The notes beneath the pieces are model-generated. The model was not told where the DNA came from. It did no database searches and saw nothing but the letters and a program-made list of their open reading frames with translations. Of a stretch of 64,000 nt of DNA, positions 49,344 through 58,668 are shown piece by piece. The DNA is from an uncultured delta proteobacterium (lineage in GTDB: Bacteria > Desulfobacterota > Binatia > UBA9968): the NCBI GenBank assembly GCA_963737905.1, contig CAVTUQ010000043.1, positions 1 through 64,000 on the forward strand, in the 5' to 3' direction. Position 1 is the stretch's first letter. Every line of letters begins with the position of its first letter. The position numbers and the translations under genes are program-made.

Positions 49344-51428
49344 ATGGTAAGTAGGGCCAGGCCGATAAGATTAGTGACAAAGGCCAGGAAAAGCTCGGCG
49401 GCAGCGGAGGTGCGAAAACTAGCGGCTCAAAAGTCGCCAAGCAACACAACTATATCCCTTCGAGTTCTGGTATCGATTGCACTGGGAATTGGCCTGACTT
49501 TTATAGTGGTCGTTCTCGGCACGATTAGGGAGCTGTCGCCCACCTTCGACGAGCCGGTTCATGTCCTCGCGGGTTACTCCTATCTCAAGTGGAAAGATTA
49601 CAGGGTTAATCCGGAGCATCCGCCATTGGCAAAGGCTCTGGCGGCGCTACCGTTGCTTGCCTTGGATATTAAGGACCCGCGCCCCGGGAACTCAGACTGG
49701 GACCGCATTCCGAAGCAGCAACCTGGAATTCCAACGGTTAAATTCGCGCGCGAACTGCTGTTTGTTCACAACGATGGCGCAAAGCTTTTCCAGTACGCGA
49801 AGCTGCCCTTTGTGATTCTTACCGTAGTTCTTGGACTGTTTGTTTTTCTCTGGAGCTTACAATGGTTTGGCCCAGTCGCAGCGGTCGCCTCCCTCATGCT
49901 TTTCGCCACCGATCCCAATATCATCGCTCACAGCACGCTCGTTCACACCGACATGCCTTTCACCGCGTTCTTTTTCATCGGCACCTATTTTTTTCAACGC
50001 GCGCTTTCTAGGCGGCGTTGGCCGGACGGGCTACTGACGTGTGTTCTTTTTTCCTTGGCAGCGATCACAAAATTTTCTTCCGCTGGGATTATGGCGAGCT
50101 GGAGCCTTGCGGGTTTAGTTTGGCTCCTTCAGCCTGCTTCATCGCACGATTCTCAGTCAGGCAATGCCGCTACTCGAAGTCGCAAGCTGCTCGTGGTTTC
50201 GGGAATACTACTCGGAAGTCTGCTCGGTGCGTATTTATTCACCTGGGCGGCCTACGGTTTTCGATTTGCGGCGATACCCGGAACTGAAGCGTCATTTTCC
50301 ATGGCGCCGGTTATGCCGGAAACCACGCCTTTGCTTGTGCAGAAAGCGGTCTCTTTTTTAACTCGGTTTCATCTACTGCCCGAGGCGTGGATCTATGGCG
50401 AGCTTCATACTCTCACGTTTCTTAGACGCACAGCCTTTCTGTTAGGCGAGTTCTCCGAAGAAGGTTTTTGGCTTTACTTTCCGGTTGCTTTCCTGGCAAA
50501 GACACCGCTTCCTACTCTTATATTGGTCCTTCTCTCTATCGCCGGCTTGCTGACTCGCCGGTACGACCACGAGAGACCGATCTTTACTCTTTGGGCTCCG
50601 GTGTTGGTTTATTTTTCCATCGCGGTTTGGGCCCGAATGAATATCGGCATACGTCACATCCTTCCCGTCTATCCGTTCCTATTCGTGTTGGCTGGTGGGA
50701 GCGCCGCCGCGCTTTGGAACAGCCGCATCGCATGGAAGCGAGGTTGTCTTGCATTAATCGGCGGGTGGGCTCTTTGGGGCTCCCTCGCCACCTATCCCAA
50801 TTATATCGAGTATTTCAACGAGGCTGCCGGCGGTCCGAAGAACGGCCACAATATTTTGTTGGACTCCAACTTGGATTGGGGGCAAAACTTAAAGAGTTTG
50901 AAGTCCTGGATGGACGAACACGGCGTGAAGAGTATCTTGCTTCTTTATTTCGGCCAGGCCGAGCCGGCCTCCTATGGGATCGACGCGATTCACATTCCGG
51001 GAAGTCTCGTTCGGCCGAGGACGTCAAAGCGCTCAGATTCGAGCATTCCGTACGTTCTCGCCGTTAGCGCAAATCACTTCTATGCAGGCCAAGTTTACTC
51101 CACGACAGCGGAAGCCGACTTTATCCGATCATTTCGGCTGAAAGAACCGGTGGCAACCATCGGCCATTCGATCCTGGTCTTCAAGCTCGACCCGTCCGAT
51201 CCCCAGACTAACTATACACTCGGAACCATTATGGCACTGCGTGGTGAAGTTTCCCTAGCCGAGGAACTGTTTCGTAAAGTCCTGGTGGTGCTCCCTTCGT
51301 CTGCAAGGGTTCACGAAGCGTTGGCCCAGGTCCTTGCCTTGCAGGAAAAACTCACCGAAGCCGAGTATCACTACAAGCAGGCAATAGCGATCTATCGTTC
51401 CCGGCCCACCCATCCGGATTCACGATAG
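49344..51428 (+). CDS. GT-C (GT39/ArnT-like) glycosyltransferase with C-terminal TPRs
   Basis: PTFDEPVH, NPEHPPLAK, PNIIAHS, KTP, NIGIRHILP, YFNEAAGG, DSNLDWGQ, two TPR-like repeats. Confidence 0.85.
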   Translation: MVSRARPIRLVTKARKSSAAAEVRKLAAQKSPSNTTISLRVLVSIALGIGLTFIVVVLGTIRELSPTFDEPVHVLAGYSYLKWKDYRVNPEHPPLAKALAALPLLALDIKDPRPGNSDWDRIPKQQPGIPTVKFARELLFVHNDGAKLFQYAKLPFVILTVVLGLFVFLWSLQWFGPVAAVASLMLFATDPNIIAHSTLVHTDMPFTAFFFIGTYFFQRALSRRRWPDGLLTCVLFSLAAITKFSSAGIMASWSLAGLVWLLQPASSHDSQSGNAATRSRKLLVVSGILLGSLLGAYLFTWAAYGFRFAAIPGTEASFSMAPVMPETTPLLVQKAVSFLTRFHLLPEAWIYGELHTLTFLRRTAFLLGEFSEEGFWLYFPVAFLAKTPLPTLILVLLSIAGLLTRRYDHERPIFTLWAPVLVYFSIAVWARMNIGIRHILPVYPFLFVLAGGSAAALWNSRIAWKRGCLALIGGWALWGSLATYPNYIEYFNEAAGGPKNGHNILLDSNLDWGQNLKSLKSWMDEHGVKSILLLYFGQAEPASYGIDAIHIPGSLVRPRTSKRSDSSIPYVLAVSANHFYAGQVYSTTAEADFIRSFRLKEPVATIGHSILVFKLDPSDPQTNYTLGTIMALRGEVSLAEELFRKVLVVLPSSARVHEALAQVLALQEKLTEAEYHYKQAIAIYRSRPTHPDSR

Positions 51429-51453
51429 ACTTACTTAAACAACAGGAAAGCTC

Positions 51454-52200
51454 TCAGAGGTAATGGAGCGTGGCTTTTCCAGACGACAGGCTTGTCTCCG
51501 CTTCATTGATCCGGCTCGCCGTTCCAACATCTTGCCAGAAACCGTCGAAGCGAAAGCCGAAGAGCCTTTCTTGCTGCAGCAGCATCCGAGGATAGGTGTC
51601 CTTGGTTGTGCTGAACTTTCGAACGCCGTCATCTGACTCCATGTAGTCGAAGACCCGCGGCTCCAAGATCTGAACGCCCGTGAACATGAGCTTCGTGGTG
51701 GGACCAGAAACTACGGTGGAGATTCGTGCCTGGAGGAATCGATGGATTCTTCCATCGCTGTCGATTTCCATCGAGCCGTACTGGTCCGCCAAAGGATCCG
51801 GCCGCAGAACCAATGTGGCGGCAGCTCCCTTTTCTTCGTGGAAGGCAATGAGTTCGCTGAGCGATAGATCGATCAGCACATCGGTATTGATCACGATAAA
51901 GGTGCCGTCCTGAAGAAATGGTCTGGCTTTGAGCAGACCTCCGCCCGTATCCAATAGCTCGGGTTCTTTAGAATAAGTGATTTGCAATCCCAATTGCTTG
52001 CCATCGCCAAGATACTTTTCAATCTGGTCGCCCAGATGATGTAGGTTGATGACAATGTCACGAATGCCGTAGCGTTTAAGGAGCAGTAGGGAATAATCAA
52101 TCATCGGCCTGCCGGCCACCGGCACCAGGGCCTTGGGTGTCCGCTGGGTGAGGGGATGGAGTCGTGTTCCCTGGCCGGCCGCGAGCACCATCGCCTTCAT
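51454..52200 (-). CDS. Nucleotidyltransferase, MurU-like
   Basis: MVLAAGQGTRLHPLT..PKALVPVAG, LLDTGGG, INTD, WQDVGT; directly downstream of the AmgK-like kinase. Confidence 0.82.
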   Translation of the reverse strand: MKAMVLAAGQGTRLHPLTQRTPKALVPVAGRPMIDYSLLLLKRYGIRDIVINLHHLGDQIEKYLGDGKQLGLQITYSKEPELLDTGGGLLKARPFLQDGTFIVINTDVLIDLSLSELIAFHEEKGAAATLVLRPDPLADQYGSMEIDSDGRIHRFLQARISTVVSGPTTKLMFTGVQILEPRVFDYMESDDGVRKFSTTKDTYPRMLLQQERLFGFRFDGFWQDVGTASRINEAETSLSSGKATLHYL

Positions 52201-53274
52201 CGCATTTCCTCGTAGTGCTCCGCCAGCATCGGAATGAGCCTTTCCGTCTGCGGCAGGCGGCCGAAATTTTGCTTCAATCGCCGCAGGGTCGGCGGAATGA
52301 ATCTTTTATAGATAGTTTTCCCTTTGACGACGTCCAGATAGTAAAAGCGCCCCACCACCTTCAGGTCCCTTTGAATCGCGGAGAGCAAATACATCTCGGT
52401 AAATTCGTCTCGGTTGATGGGTTGCTTTTCCCAATCGGTTCTTCTGTCCACGTAGTAACCCACCAGTTTTTCTTCAAGGTCCGGCCGAATGATGCTGTCG
52501 GTAATGCGATCGTTAAGAAGCGAGGCAAGATCATACTGCGGCGGCGCCAGCAGGGCATCTTGGAAGTCGATCACGGCCACAGCTTCGTCGTGAATCATGA
52601 GGTTCCAGCTGTGATAATCGCGATGGCTCAAACAGGGAGGCAGGCTATCCAGGCGCCGGGCGATCTCGACGAAAACGCTTCTCAGCTCTTTCTTTGAAGT
52701 CTGGTTGATGTTGGGTTCCCGGCTGCTTTTCTAAACCGTACTCCAGGAAATGGTCAAACTCCCACATGTACAGACGAAAATCGAAGCGCTGTTGAAAGGC
52801 TACACAAGAGTCGTCGCGCTCTTTGGTTCCTCGGATTTGTAGTAGCAGCAGCTCGTCGATCGCTTTTTGGTACCATGACAAGACTTCCGATGGCGGCAGA
52901 CCTTGCACTCTGTCCCATAGAGCCAGATCGCCCAGGTCTTCCAAGAACAGAAGCCCTTCGTCCAGCGATGGGTCATAAAGTCTCGGCACGCTGACGCCGA
53001 TCCGACTCAGAAAGCGGTGTACGCTAAGAAAAGGCAACTCCTTGAGCGGTTCTTTGAAGACGGCCAACTCTTCGGAAGAAAGAGGTAAGACACTCCCACT
53101 GGGTAGTTTCATGATGATGACCGAGGACGGCGTGCCGGGGCCGGTGAGGTGAGCACGGTAATAGCGGCGGCTAGAGGCGTCTCCAGCCAGACCGGCAAAC
53201 GACGCAATGACGGTCTGCTCGTCAAAGAGCGCGCGCAGCTTTTCCGCAATGAGGTCTTTGAGTTGTTCGCTCAC
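52197..53274 (-). CDS. Aminoglycoside phosphotransferase family, AmgK-like anomeric sugar kinase; frameshifted near 52640-52710
   Basis: LAGDASSRRYYR, LEDLGD, HRDYHSWNLM, IDFQDA..PPQYDLASLL, QRDLKVVGRF. Confidence 0.82.
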
Positions 53275-53333
53275 CGGCGAGCCTCCTTTGGTTGCCGCTC
53301 CGTTGACTTGTTTGATAAGCGTAGGGTACCTAT

Positions 53334-53350
53334 TCACCGACCCCGTCGGC
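53334..53350 (-). promoter_or_regulatory. Candidate bacterial SECIS hairpin
   Basis: Minus-strand RNA GCCGAC-GGG-GUCGGU with a G-starting apical loop 18 nt after the UGA. Confidence 0.55.
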
Positions 53351-53353
53351 GGT

Positions 53354-53584
53354 TTAAACCTCTCAGCTACCGCCGAACCCGATTGTAACCTTGCCGGCTT
53401 CAACAATGACCGGTATCTGCCGGCGGCCGTTCGAATGCTTGAGCATCTGCTGTAGTTTGTCGTCGTCTTGGAGGACGTTGATGTATTCGAAGGGAATCTT
53501 CCGGCGGGAGAAATCCTCACGGGCTCTCGAAGTATAGGGGCAAAGATCATGACCAAAAATCAGCACTTTCTCGATCGACATCAT
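53354..53584 (-). CDS. UXX-star glutaredoxin-like selenoprotein (C-terminal ...GFGGS-Sec-E-V-stop)
   Basis: FGHDLCPYT, IPVIVE..KVTIGFGGS then TGA GAG GTT TAA; a hairpin follows the UGA. Confidence 0.8.
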
Positions 53585-53786
53585 CTGTGGCTCCTGCGGA
53601 TCAGTGACGGCTCATTGCGATTATCGATTCAAACAGACCTAGCTTAACGGGCGGGCGGTAAATTGCAAGGAACACCTTGACTGTGCTAGCTTGCCGCGAC
53701 CCGTCTTCTCGGCTCAGCCAGTGTCACGAGATCGCGCGCATAACCCGCTGAGGTTATTAACGGGCGGCACTTACCGCTCTCTTTCT

Positions 53787-54623
53787 ATGGCCGGCATTCT
53801 TTACATCGTTGCCACTCCCATCGGTAATCTCGAAGACATCACCTTGCGGGCGCTGCGAGTGCTTAAAGAGGTCGATGTGATCGCCGCCGAGGACACGCGT
53901 CACACGCAGATTCTTCTGAGTCATCACGACATTCATACGCCGCTAACCAGCTATCATGAGCACAACGAGAAAACCAAAGCCCGGGAGCTGGTTACACGGC
54001 TGGCACGGGGTCAGACTATTGCCCTGGTGTCTGATGCGGGTACGCCATCGATCTCCGACCCGGGCTTTCGATTAGTCGTACAAGCTATCCGTGCCGGGGT
54101 GCGGATCATTCCGATACCCGGTGCCTCAGCTCTGACCGCTGTTCTGAGCGCCAGCGGCTTGCCTACGGATAGATTCATCTTCGAGGGCTTTCTGCCAGCC
54201 AAGAAAAAGCAGAGGCGGGAAAGACTCCAGGCCCTGCGCAATGAAACCCGGACGTTGATCCTTTACGAAGCCCCGCATCGGCTGAAAGACGCTCTCGACG
54301 ACATTCACGAGTTGCTAGGAAATCGCGATGCGGTGCTGGCTCGAGAAGTGAGCAAGATCCATGAGGAGTTTCTGCGCGGGCCTATAGGCGAGCTGGTCCG
54401 CGCGCTCGGAGCCGGTGAGATTCGCGGAGAAGTGACGCTCATCGTCAGCGGCGGGGCAAGTGCATCCCGCGTTAACGAGGATCTGTTGAAAGCTGAAATT
54501 CGCGAGCTCGAAGGCAAGGGGTTGCGGGTTAAGGAAATCGCTGAGGTCTTGGGGGAAAAATTCGGTTACCCCAAAAAGGAAATTTATCGCTTAGCACTGC
54601 AGCGACAAAAGGTCAGCCCTTAA
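53787..54623 (+). CDS. rsmI: 16S rRNA (cytidine1402-2'-O)-methyltransferase
   Basis: LYIVATPIGNLEDITLRAL, AAEDTR, VSDAGTPSISDPG, YEAPHR, REVSKIHEE. Confidence 0.95.
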   Translation: MAGILYIVATPIGNLEDITLRALRVLKEVDVIAAEDTRHTQILLSHHDIHTPLTSYHEHNEKTKARELVTRLARGQTIALVSDAGTPSISDPGFRLVVQAIRAGVRIIPIPGASALTAVLSASGLPTDRFIFEGFLPAKKKQRRERLQALRNETRTLILYEAPHRLKDALDDIHELLGNRDAVLAREVSKIHEEFLRGPIGELVRALGAGEIRGEVTLIVSGGASASRVNEDLLKAEIRELEGKGLRVKEIAEVLGEKFGYPKKEIYRLALQRQKVSP

Positions 54624-56002
54624 ACTTGTACTCTTCCAGCTTGCGGTACAAGGTGGTTCGGTCCACACCCAGAGTTTTGGCAGCTTCGGTTTTGTTCCCA
54701 TGGACGGTTTCCATGACTCGCATGATATATTCTTTTTCCAAATCCCTGAGAGTGTAGGATTTTGCAAGCGCCTCGGCCACCGGGAGGACGTTGTCGTTGC
54801 GTGCGACCAGCGAAGGCGGCAAGGTCTTGCAAACCGATCCGCGGCTCTTTGCCGAGAAGTACCGCCCTTTCTATGGTGTGTTCCAGCTCTCTGACGTTTC
54901 CCGGCCAGTGATAGTTCGTGAGGGCACTAAGGGCTTCCGGCTCGATGCCATCCAGTTGCCGTTGAATCTGGCCGCTAAATTTTCGCATGAAGTGCTCGAT
55001 CAGAATTGGAATATCTTCCGCTCTCTCGCGCAGCGGCGGCAGATCAATTCGGATTACGTTGAGCCGGTAGTAGAGATCCTGCCGGAAGCGGCCTTCCTGA
55101 ACCAGACGCTCCGGATCGCGGTTACAAGCCGAAACCAACCGGGCGTCGATCTTCTCCCCGTGGTTTGCTCCCAAGGGTCTCACTTCTTTATCCTCGATCA
55201 CCCGCAGCAGTTTGGCCTGTAGATTGAGCGGAATCTCGCTGATTTCGTCGAGAAACAGGACGCCACCGTGAGCTGCGCTAAACAACCCGCGTCGATCCTT
55301 CCGGGCGTCGGTAAAAGCGCCGCGCACGTAACCGAAAAGTTCGCTCTCCAAAAGCGTCTCCGGGATCGCAGCGCAGTTGATAGGAATAAACGATTTTGTG
55401 GCCCGACCGCTGTGTTGATGAATCGCCCGGGCGATCATTTCCTTGCCGGTTCCGCTTTCCCCCACGATGAGGACGTTGACAGCAAGATCGCTTACGTGAG
55501 CGACGAGCTCAAAGGTTTCCCGCATCCTTGCGCTCTGACCGATGATATTTTCAAATCCATAGTGACTGTGGACTTGCTTGCGCAGCCTTTCAACTTCGCT
55601 CTGCAGGCTGCGTTGCTCTAGAGCGCGGCTGACCTGAAGCAGGATTTCATCTGTGTGAAACGGCTTGGTCACATAATGGAACGCGCCTGCGTGCATGGCT
55701 TCCACCGCGCTTTCGATACTGCCAAAGGCCGTGATCAAAAGAACCAAGGCATGAGCATCGATCTCTCTAAGCTGTTTCACCAGTTCCGTTCCCCTCATGC
55801 GCGGCATCATAAGGTCGGTAATGGTTAAATCAAAGCTATCCGCTCGGTATCTTTCCACCGCCGAGGCACCGTCGTGAACCGTTTCGACGACGTAGCCCTC
55901 CTCGCCCAATAAATCGGCAAGGAACTGACACATCTCGCGATCGTCATCAACGACGAGAATCTTGGCCGGGTTGGTGGTTTCCTGTTTGATTCCGGGAGTC
56001 AT
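54613..56002 (-). CDS. Sigma-54-dependent response regulator (NtrC/AtoC family); frameshift near 54825
   Basis: Receiver ILVVDDD..TDLMMP, GESGTGKE, ESELFG..GAFTDA, FLDEI, WPGNVREL; Fis HTH (AAKTLGVDRTTLYRKL) in ORF 54613-54822. Confidence 0.92.
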
Positions 56003-57536
56003 TGGAGGTCTCGCTGTGGTAGCTCGTTTGCTTCAGTTGTTCTGCAGGAAGGTAAATTATGAAGCGGGTGAAACGGCCGGGATCGCTTTCAACGTGAATA
56101 TCACCGCCATGCTCCTGGATGATACCGTAAGTCACGGACAAACCTAGGCCGGTGCCCTCACCGATGTCCTTGGTGGTGAAAAAGGGATCAAATACACGAC
56201 CGATATGCTCGGGGTCGATCCCGGTGCCGTTATCTTCGAATGAGATTCGCAGCCAACGACCGGGCGCAACCGAAGCCTTAGCCAGACCGCGATCGGTGAT
56301 CTTCACGCCGATCTTGATCAAGCCGCCCGGACCTAACGCCTGGAGCGAGTTCGAATAGAGATTGATAAACACTTGCTGGAGCAGATCGGGATCGGCATTG
56401 ATTTTAGGTAGGTTGTTGAAACCCTCTGTTTCAACTCGGATATCTTTCTCGCGGAGCTGGTGTGCCAAAAGATATTTCACGTTGTCCAGCAGAGCTTGTA
56501 GATCGACAGGCTTAAAAACCGGTTCTCTGCGCCGGGAAAACTCCAGGAGCTGGCGGACGATAGCTGCGATGCGGTCGCTCTGGGAGCGGATGACAGCCAG
56601 ATTATCCTTAAGCTCTTCGAGACTCCGGGGTCGACGCAAAAGATATTCGGATCGTCCGCCGATGATGTTGAGGGGCGTGCCGATTTCGTGCGCCAGACCT
56701 GCCGCTAGCCGTCCCACTGAGGCCAGCCGTTCAGTGTGACGGAGCTCCTGCTCGAGCCTGAGCTTCTCCTGTTGCTCCTCCAAGAGCCGGGCGTCACTCT
56801 CTTGTAGCTGACGGCACATGAGGTTAAATTCTCGAGCCAGCGAAGCGACTTCGTCATGGCCCTTTATTTCGATGCTTTGCTCCCGTTGGCCTTGAGCCAT
56901 CTCTTTAATGCGGTGAATCAGTTGGTTAATTGGCCGGGTTACGCTGCGGCGCACCAAAATCAGGACCAGAAGCGAGAGAAGAGCGACTAACACGGCCGCT
57001 GTCGCCAGAATTCGGTTGCGCCGCTGCTCAATGGTGGCGAAGGTTCCGTATCCCTGGCGAGCGAGCACGAATGCTCCCACAAGGTGATTGCTCGAGTCGA
57101 CAATCCCTTCTATTCGATAGTAGATCAAATTCCTGTGCTCCTGAATATAACCGTCGATTCCGTTGCCGCTCTGTAGAACGGGTCGGGGATCTAATTTTGT
57201 GATGGGAGTCGGATCCAGCTCTGGAAAATCCGTCCCATACCGCATCGAGGCCGAATGGGCCACGGGCTTTCCCGATAGATCGTAGACTATGACTCCGTGG
57301 ATATTGCCCCTCGGCGCCGCGGTGTCGATGAATTGCTGCACGGTACGGAGGTCCACCTTGTCGGCGAGTGTACGGCTCAACCCCGCCTGCAAAACCCGGG
57401 AGAAGCCACGCATCCCTATGCTTAGCTCTCGCTTAATACTTTCTTGATCCTGTTGAATGCTTAGGTAGCCGTGCACCGTCATGATCAGAATGATGACGGC
57501 GACCAGAGAAATGATGAGTTTGGTCCCAAGATTCAT
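55947..57536 (-). CDS. Sensor histidine kinase (2 TM, periplasmic domain, HAMP)
   Basis: LAHEIGTPL, QVFINLYSNS, DNGTGI, FDPFFTTK, GTGLGL. Confidence 0.93.
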   Translation of the reverse strand: MNLGTKLIISLVAVIILIMTVHGYLSIQQDQESIKRELSIGMRGFSRVLQAGLSRTLADKVDLRTVQQFIDTAAPRGNIHGVIVYDLSGKPVAHSASMRYGTDFPELDPTPITKLDPRPVLQSGNGIDGYIQEHRNLIYYRIEGIVDSSNHLVGAFVLARQGYGTFATIEQRRNRILATAAVLVALLSLLVLILVRRSVTRPINQLIHRIKEMAQGQREQSIEIKGHDEVASLAREFNLMCRQLQESDARLLEEQQEKLRLEQELRHTERLASVGRLAAGLAHEIGTPLNIIGGRSEYLLRRPRSLEELKDNLAVIRSQSDRIAAIVRQLLEFSRRREPVFKPVDLQALLDNVKYLLAHQLREKDIRVETEGFNNLPKINADPDLLQQVFINLYSNSLQALGPGGLIKIGVKITDRGLAKASVAPGRWLRISFEDNGTGIDPEHIGRVFDPFFTTKDIGEGTGLGLSVTYGIIQEHGGDIHVESDPGRFTRFIIYLPAEQLKQTSYHSETSNDSRNQTGNHQPGQDSRR

Positions 57537-57656
57537 TTAGATGTTTGGTCCATAAGCAGCAATCATCATACCGAGAATTGAGCGCAAAAAAACAATGCCA
57601 GATCGTTAAGAAATCAGCTCTATCCCAATGGGTATTGACTTAACCGACCGATGATT

Positions 57657-57693
57657 TGTTGCAATCTACTGCGCCGCGTGGCGATTTGCAACG
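57657..57693. promoter_or_regulatory. Candidate upstream activator (enhancer) sites for a sigma-54 activator
   Basis: tGTTGCAAtc...atTTGCAACg dyad about 150-190 bp upstream of the -24 box, followed by an AT-rich tract. Confidence 0.5.
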
Positions 57694-57844
57694 CGAATAA
57701 AAACACGCAAATTTAATAAGTTAGCCTTAACTGAAGGCTTAGGGCTACAAAAGATCCGAGTTGCCGTGTGAGGCGCCGAAGGGGAGATCGGTGAGAAGTC
57801 TTAGAATTCCCAGATGATTTTAGTTTTGAGCTGGCGATAATTGA

Positions 57845-57859
57845 TGGCACACAGCTTGC
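57845..57859 (+). promoter_or_regulatory. Sigma-54 (-24/-12) promoter
   Basis: TGGCAC-acagc-TTGC matches the TGGCAC-N5-TTGC consensus exactly. Confidence 0.85.
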
Positions 57860-57911
57860 GGTATAGCCATTCATTAGTTCAATGGAATTCAGTGAAAGGA
57901 GGTGAAAAAAA

Positions 57912-58037
57912 ATGAAAAAGTTCGCAATTGCATTGGCCATCGTTTTGGGTCTCGTTAGCTCAATCGTTAGCCTATCCGCCCCGGTAAGTTATGCGCAGGA
58001 GGAGCCGGAGCCGAAGCCAGACAAGCCAGGTGATTAA
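57912..58037 (+). CDS. 41-aa secreted peptide precursor MKKFAIALAIVLGLVSSIVSLSAPVSYA|QEEPEPKPDKPGD
   Basis: RBS aaggaggtg, classical Sec signal peptide, sigma-54 promoter upstream and hairpin downstream; too short for the ORF track. Confidence 0.75.
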   Translation: MKKFAIALAIVLGLVSSIVSLSAPVSYAQEEPEPKPDKPGD

Positions 58038-58064
58038 GGATCGACCAGGCGCACTATCCCTCAT

Positions 58065-58101
58065 AGATAAGGGGATGATACATCCCCTTATCTATATTTT
58101 T
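58065..58101 (+). terminator. Hairpin terminator between the peptide gene and the convergent acylphosphatase gene
   Basis: agataaggggatg-ata-catccccttatct followed by atattttt. Confidence 0.75.
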
Positions 58102-58145
58102 GTCCGGAGCATATCGAAACGCACAAAGTAGGTCGATAACCGAGG

Positions 58146-58436
58146 TTAACGCTTTACAAAAAAAGTTTGAAATTCTCCCCTTGAAGCTTCCCACTCTGTG
58201 CTAACGTCTTTGACCTGTGCTCCCGGTGGTCCGCTCCGGCACCAGCGGATCAGCTTTTCCAGTTCTTCTCTTTCTCCTTCGGCAACGACCTCTACGGAGC
58301 TATCGGGACAGTTCATCACCCACCCGGTTACACCCAGCCGTCGGGCTTGCTCCACCGTTGATGCGCGGAAGTAGACCCCCTGGACCCTGCCGTTGATCTT
58401 TAAATGGACACGCACTGGGTCTTTCATCGCCGCCAT
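58146..58436 (-). CDS. acyP: Acylphosphatase
   Basis: GRVQGVYFR, GVTGWVMN, VEVVAEG, GPPGAQV. Confidence 0.92.
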   Translation of the reverse strand: MAAMKDPVRVHLKINGRVQGVYFRASTVEQARRLGVTGWVMNCPDSSVEVVAEGEREELEKLIRWCRSGPPGAQVKDVSTEWEASRGEFQTFFVKR

Positions 58437-58499
58437 TTTTGCTCGGCTGTTCTCATATCTTACCTACCCAACCACCGCAACTGTTCATACCGAATAGAT

Positions 58500-58529
58500 T
58501 TGACAACCGGCCCACTCCTTAGATAGTCT
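58500..58529 (+). promoter_or_regulatory. Candidate sigma-70 promoter for the RRM gene
   Basis: TTGACA at 58500, 18-bp spacer, TAGTCT. Confidence 0.45.
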
Positions 58530-58668
58530 TACGCCCATTTGAAAGGGTCATTTTACCGAAGAGCATGCCGAGAGATTGGCTCCTGCTGATGAGACCGTTT
58601 GCGGCCCTGCCCTTTGGGTAAGCGATCCCGAAAATGTAGCGTTTCTAGGCGCAACTAGGAGGGCTAAT

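Noticed and set aside
29625-51428. O-antigen/capsule locus, prophage or integrative element
   Set aside because: No flippase, polymerase, chain-length regulator, integrase, transposase, tRNA or phage gene was recognised.
57713-57940. Minus-strand 75-aa ORF
   Set aside because: It is antisense to the sigma-54 promoter and peptide start; the plus-strand peptide has the RBS, promoter and terminator support.
58586-58634. Hammerhead ribozyme (CUGAUGA...GAAA)
   Set aside because: The core words are present, but I could not form stem II closing onto GAAA or convincing stems I and III.
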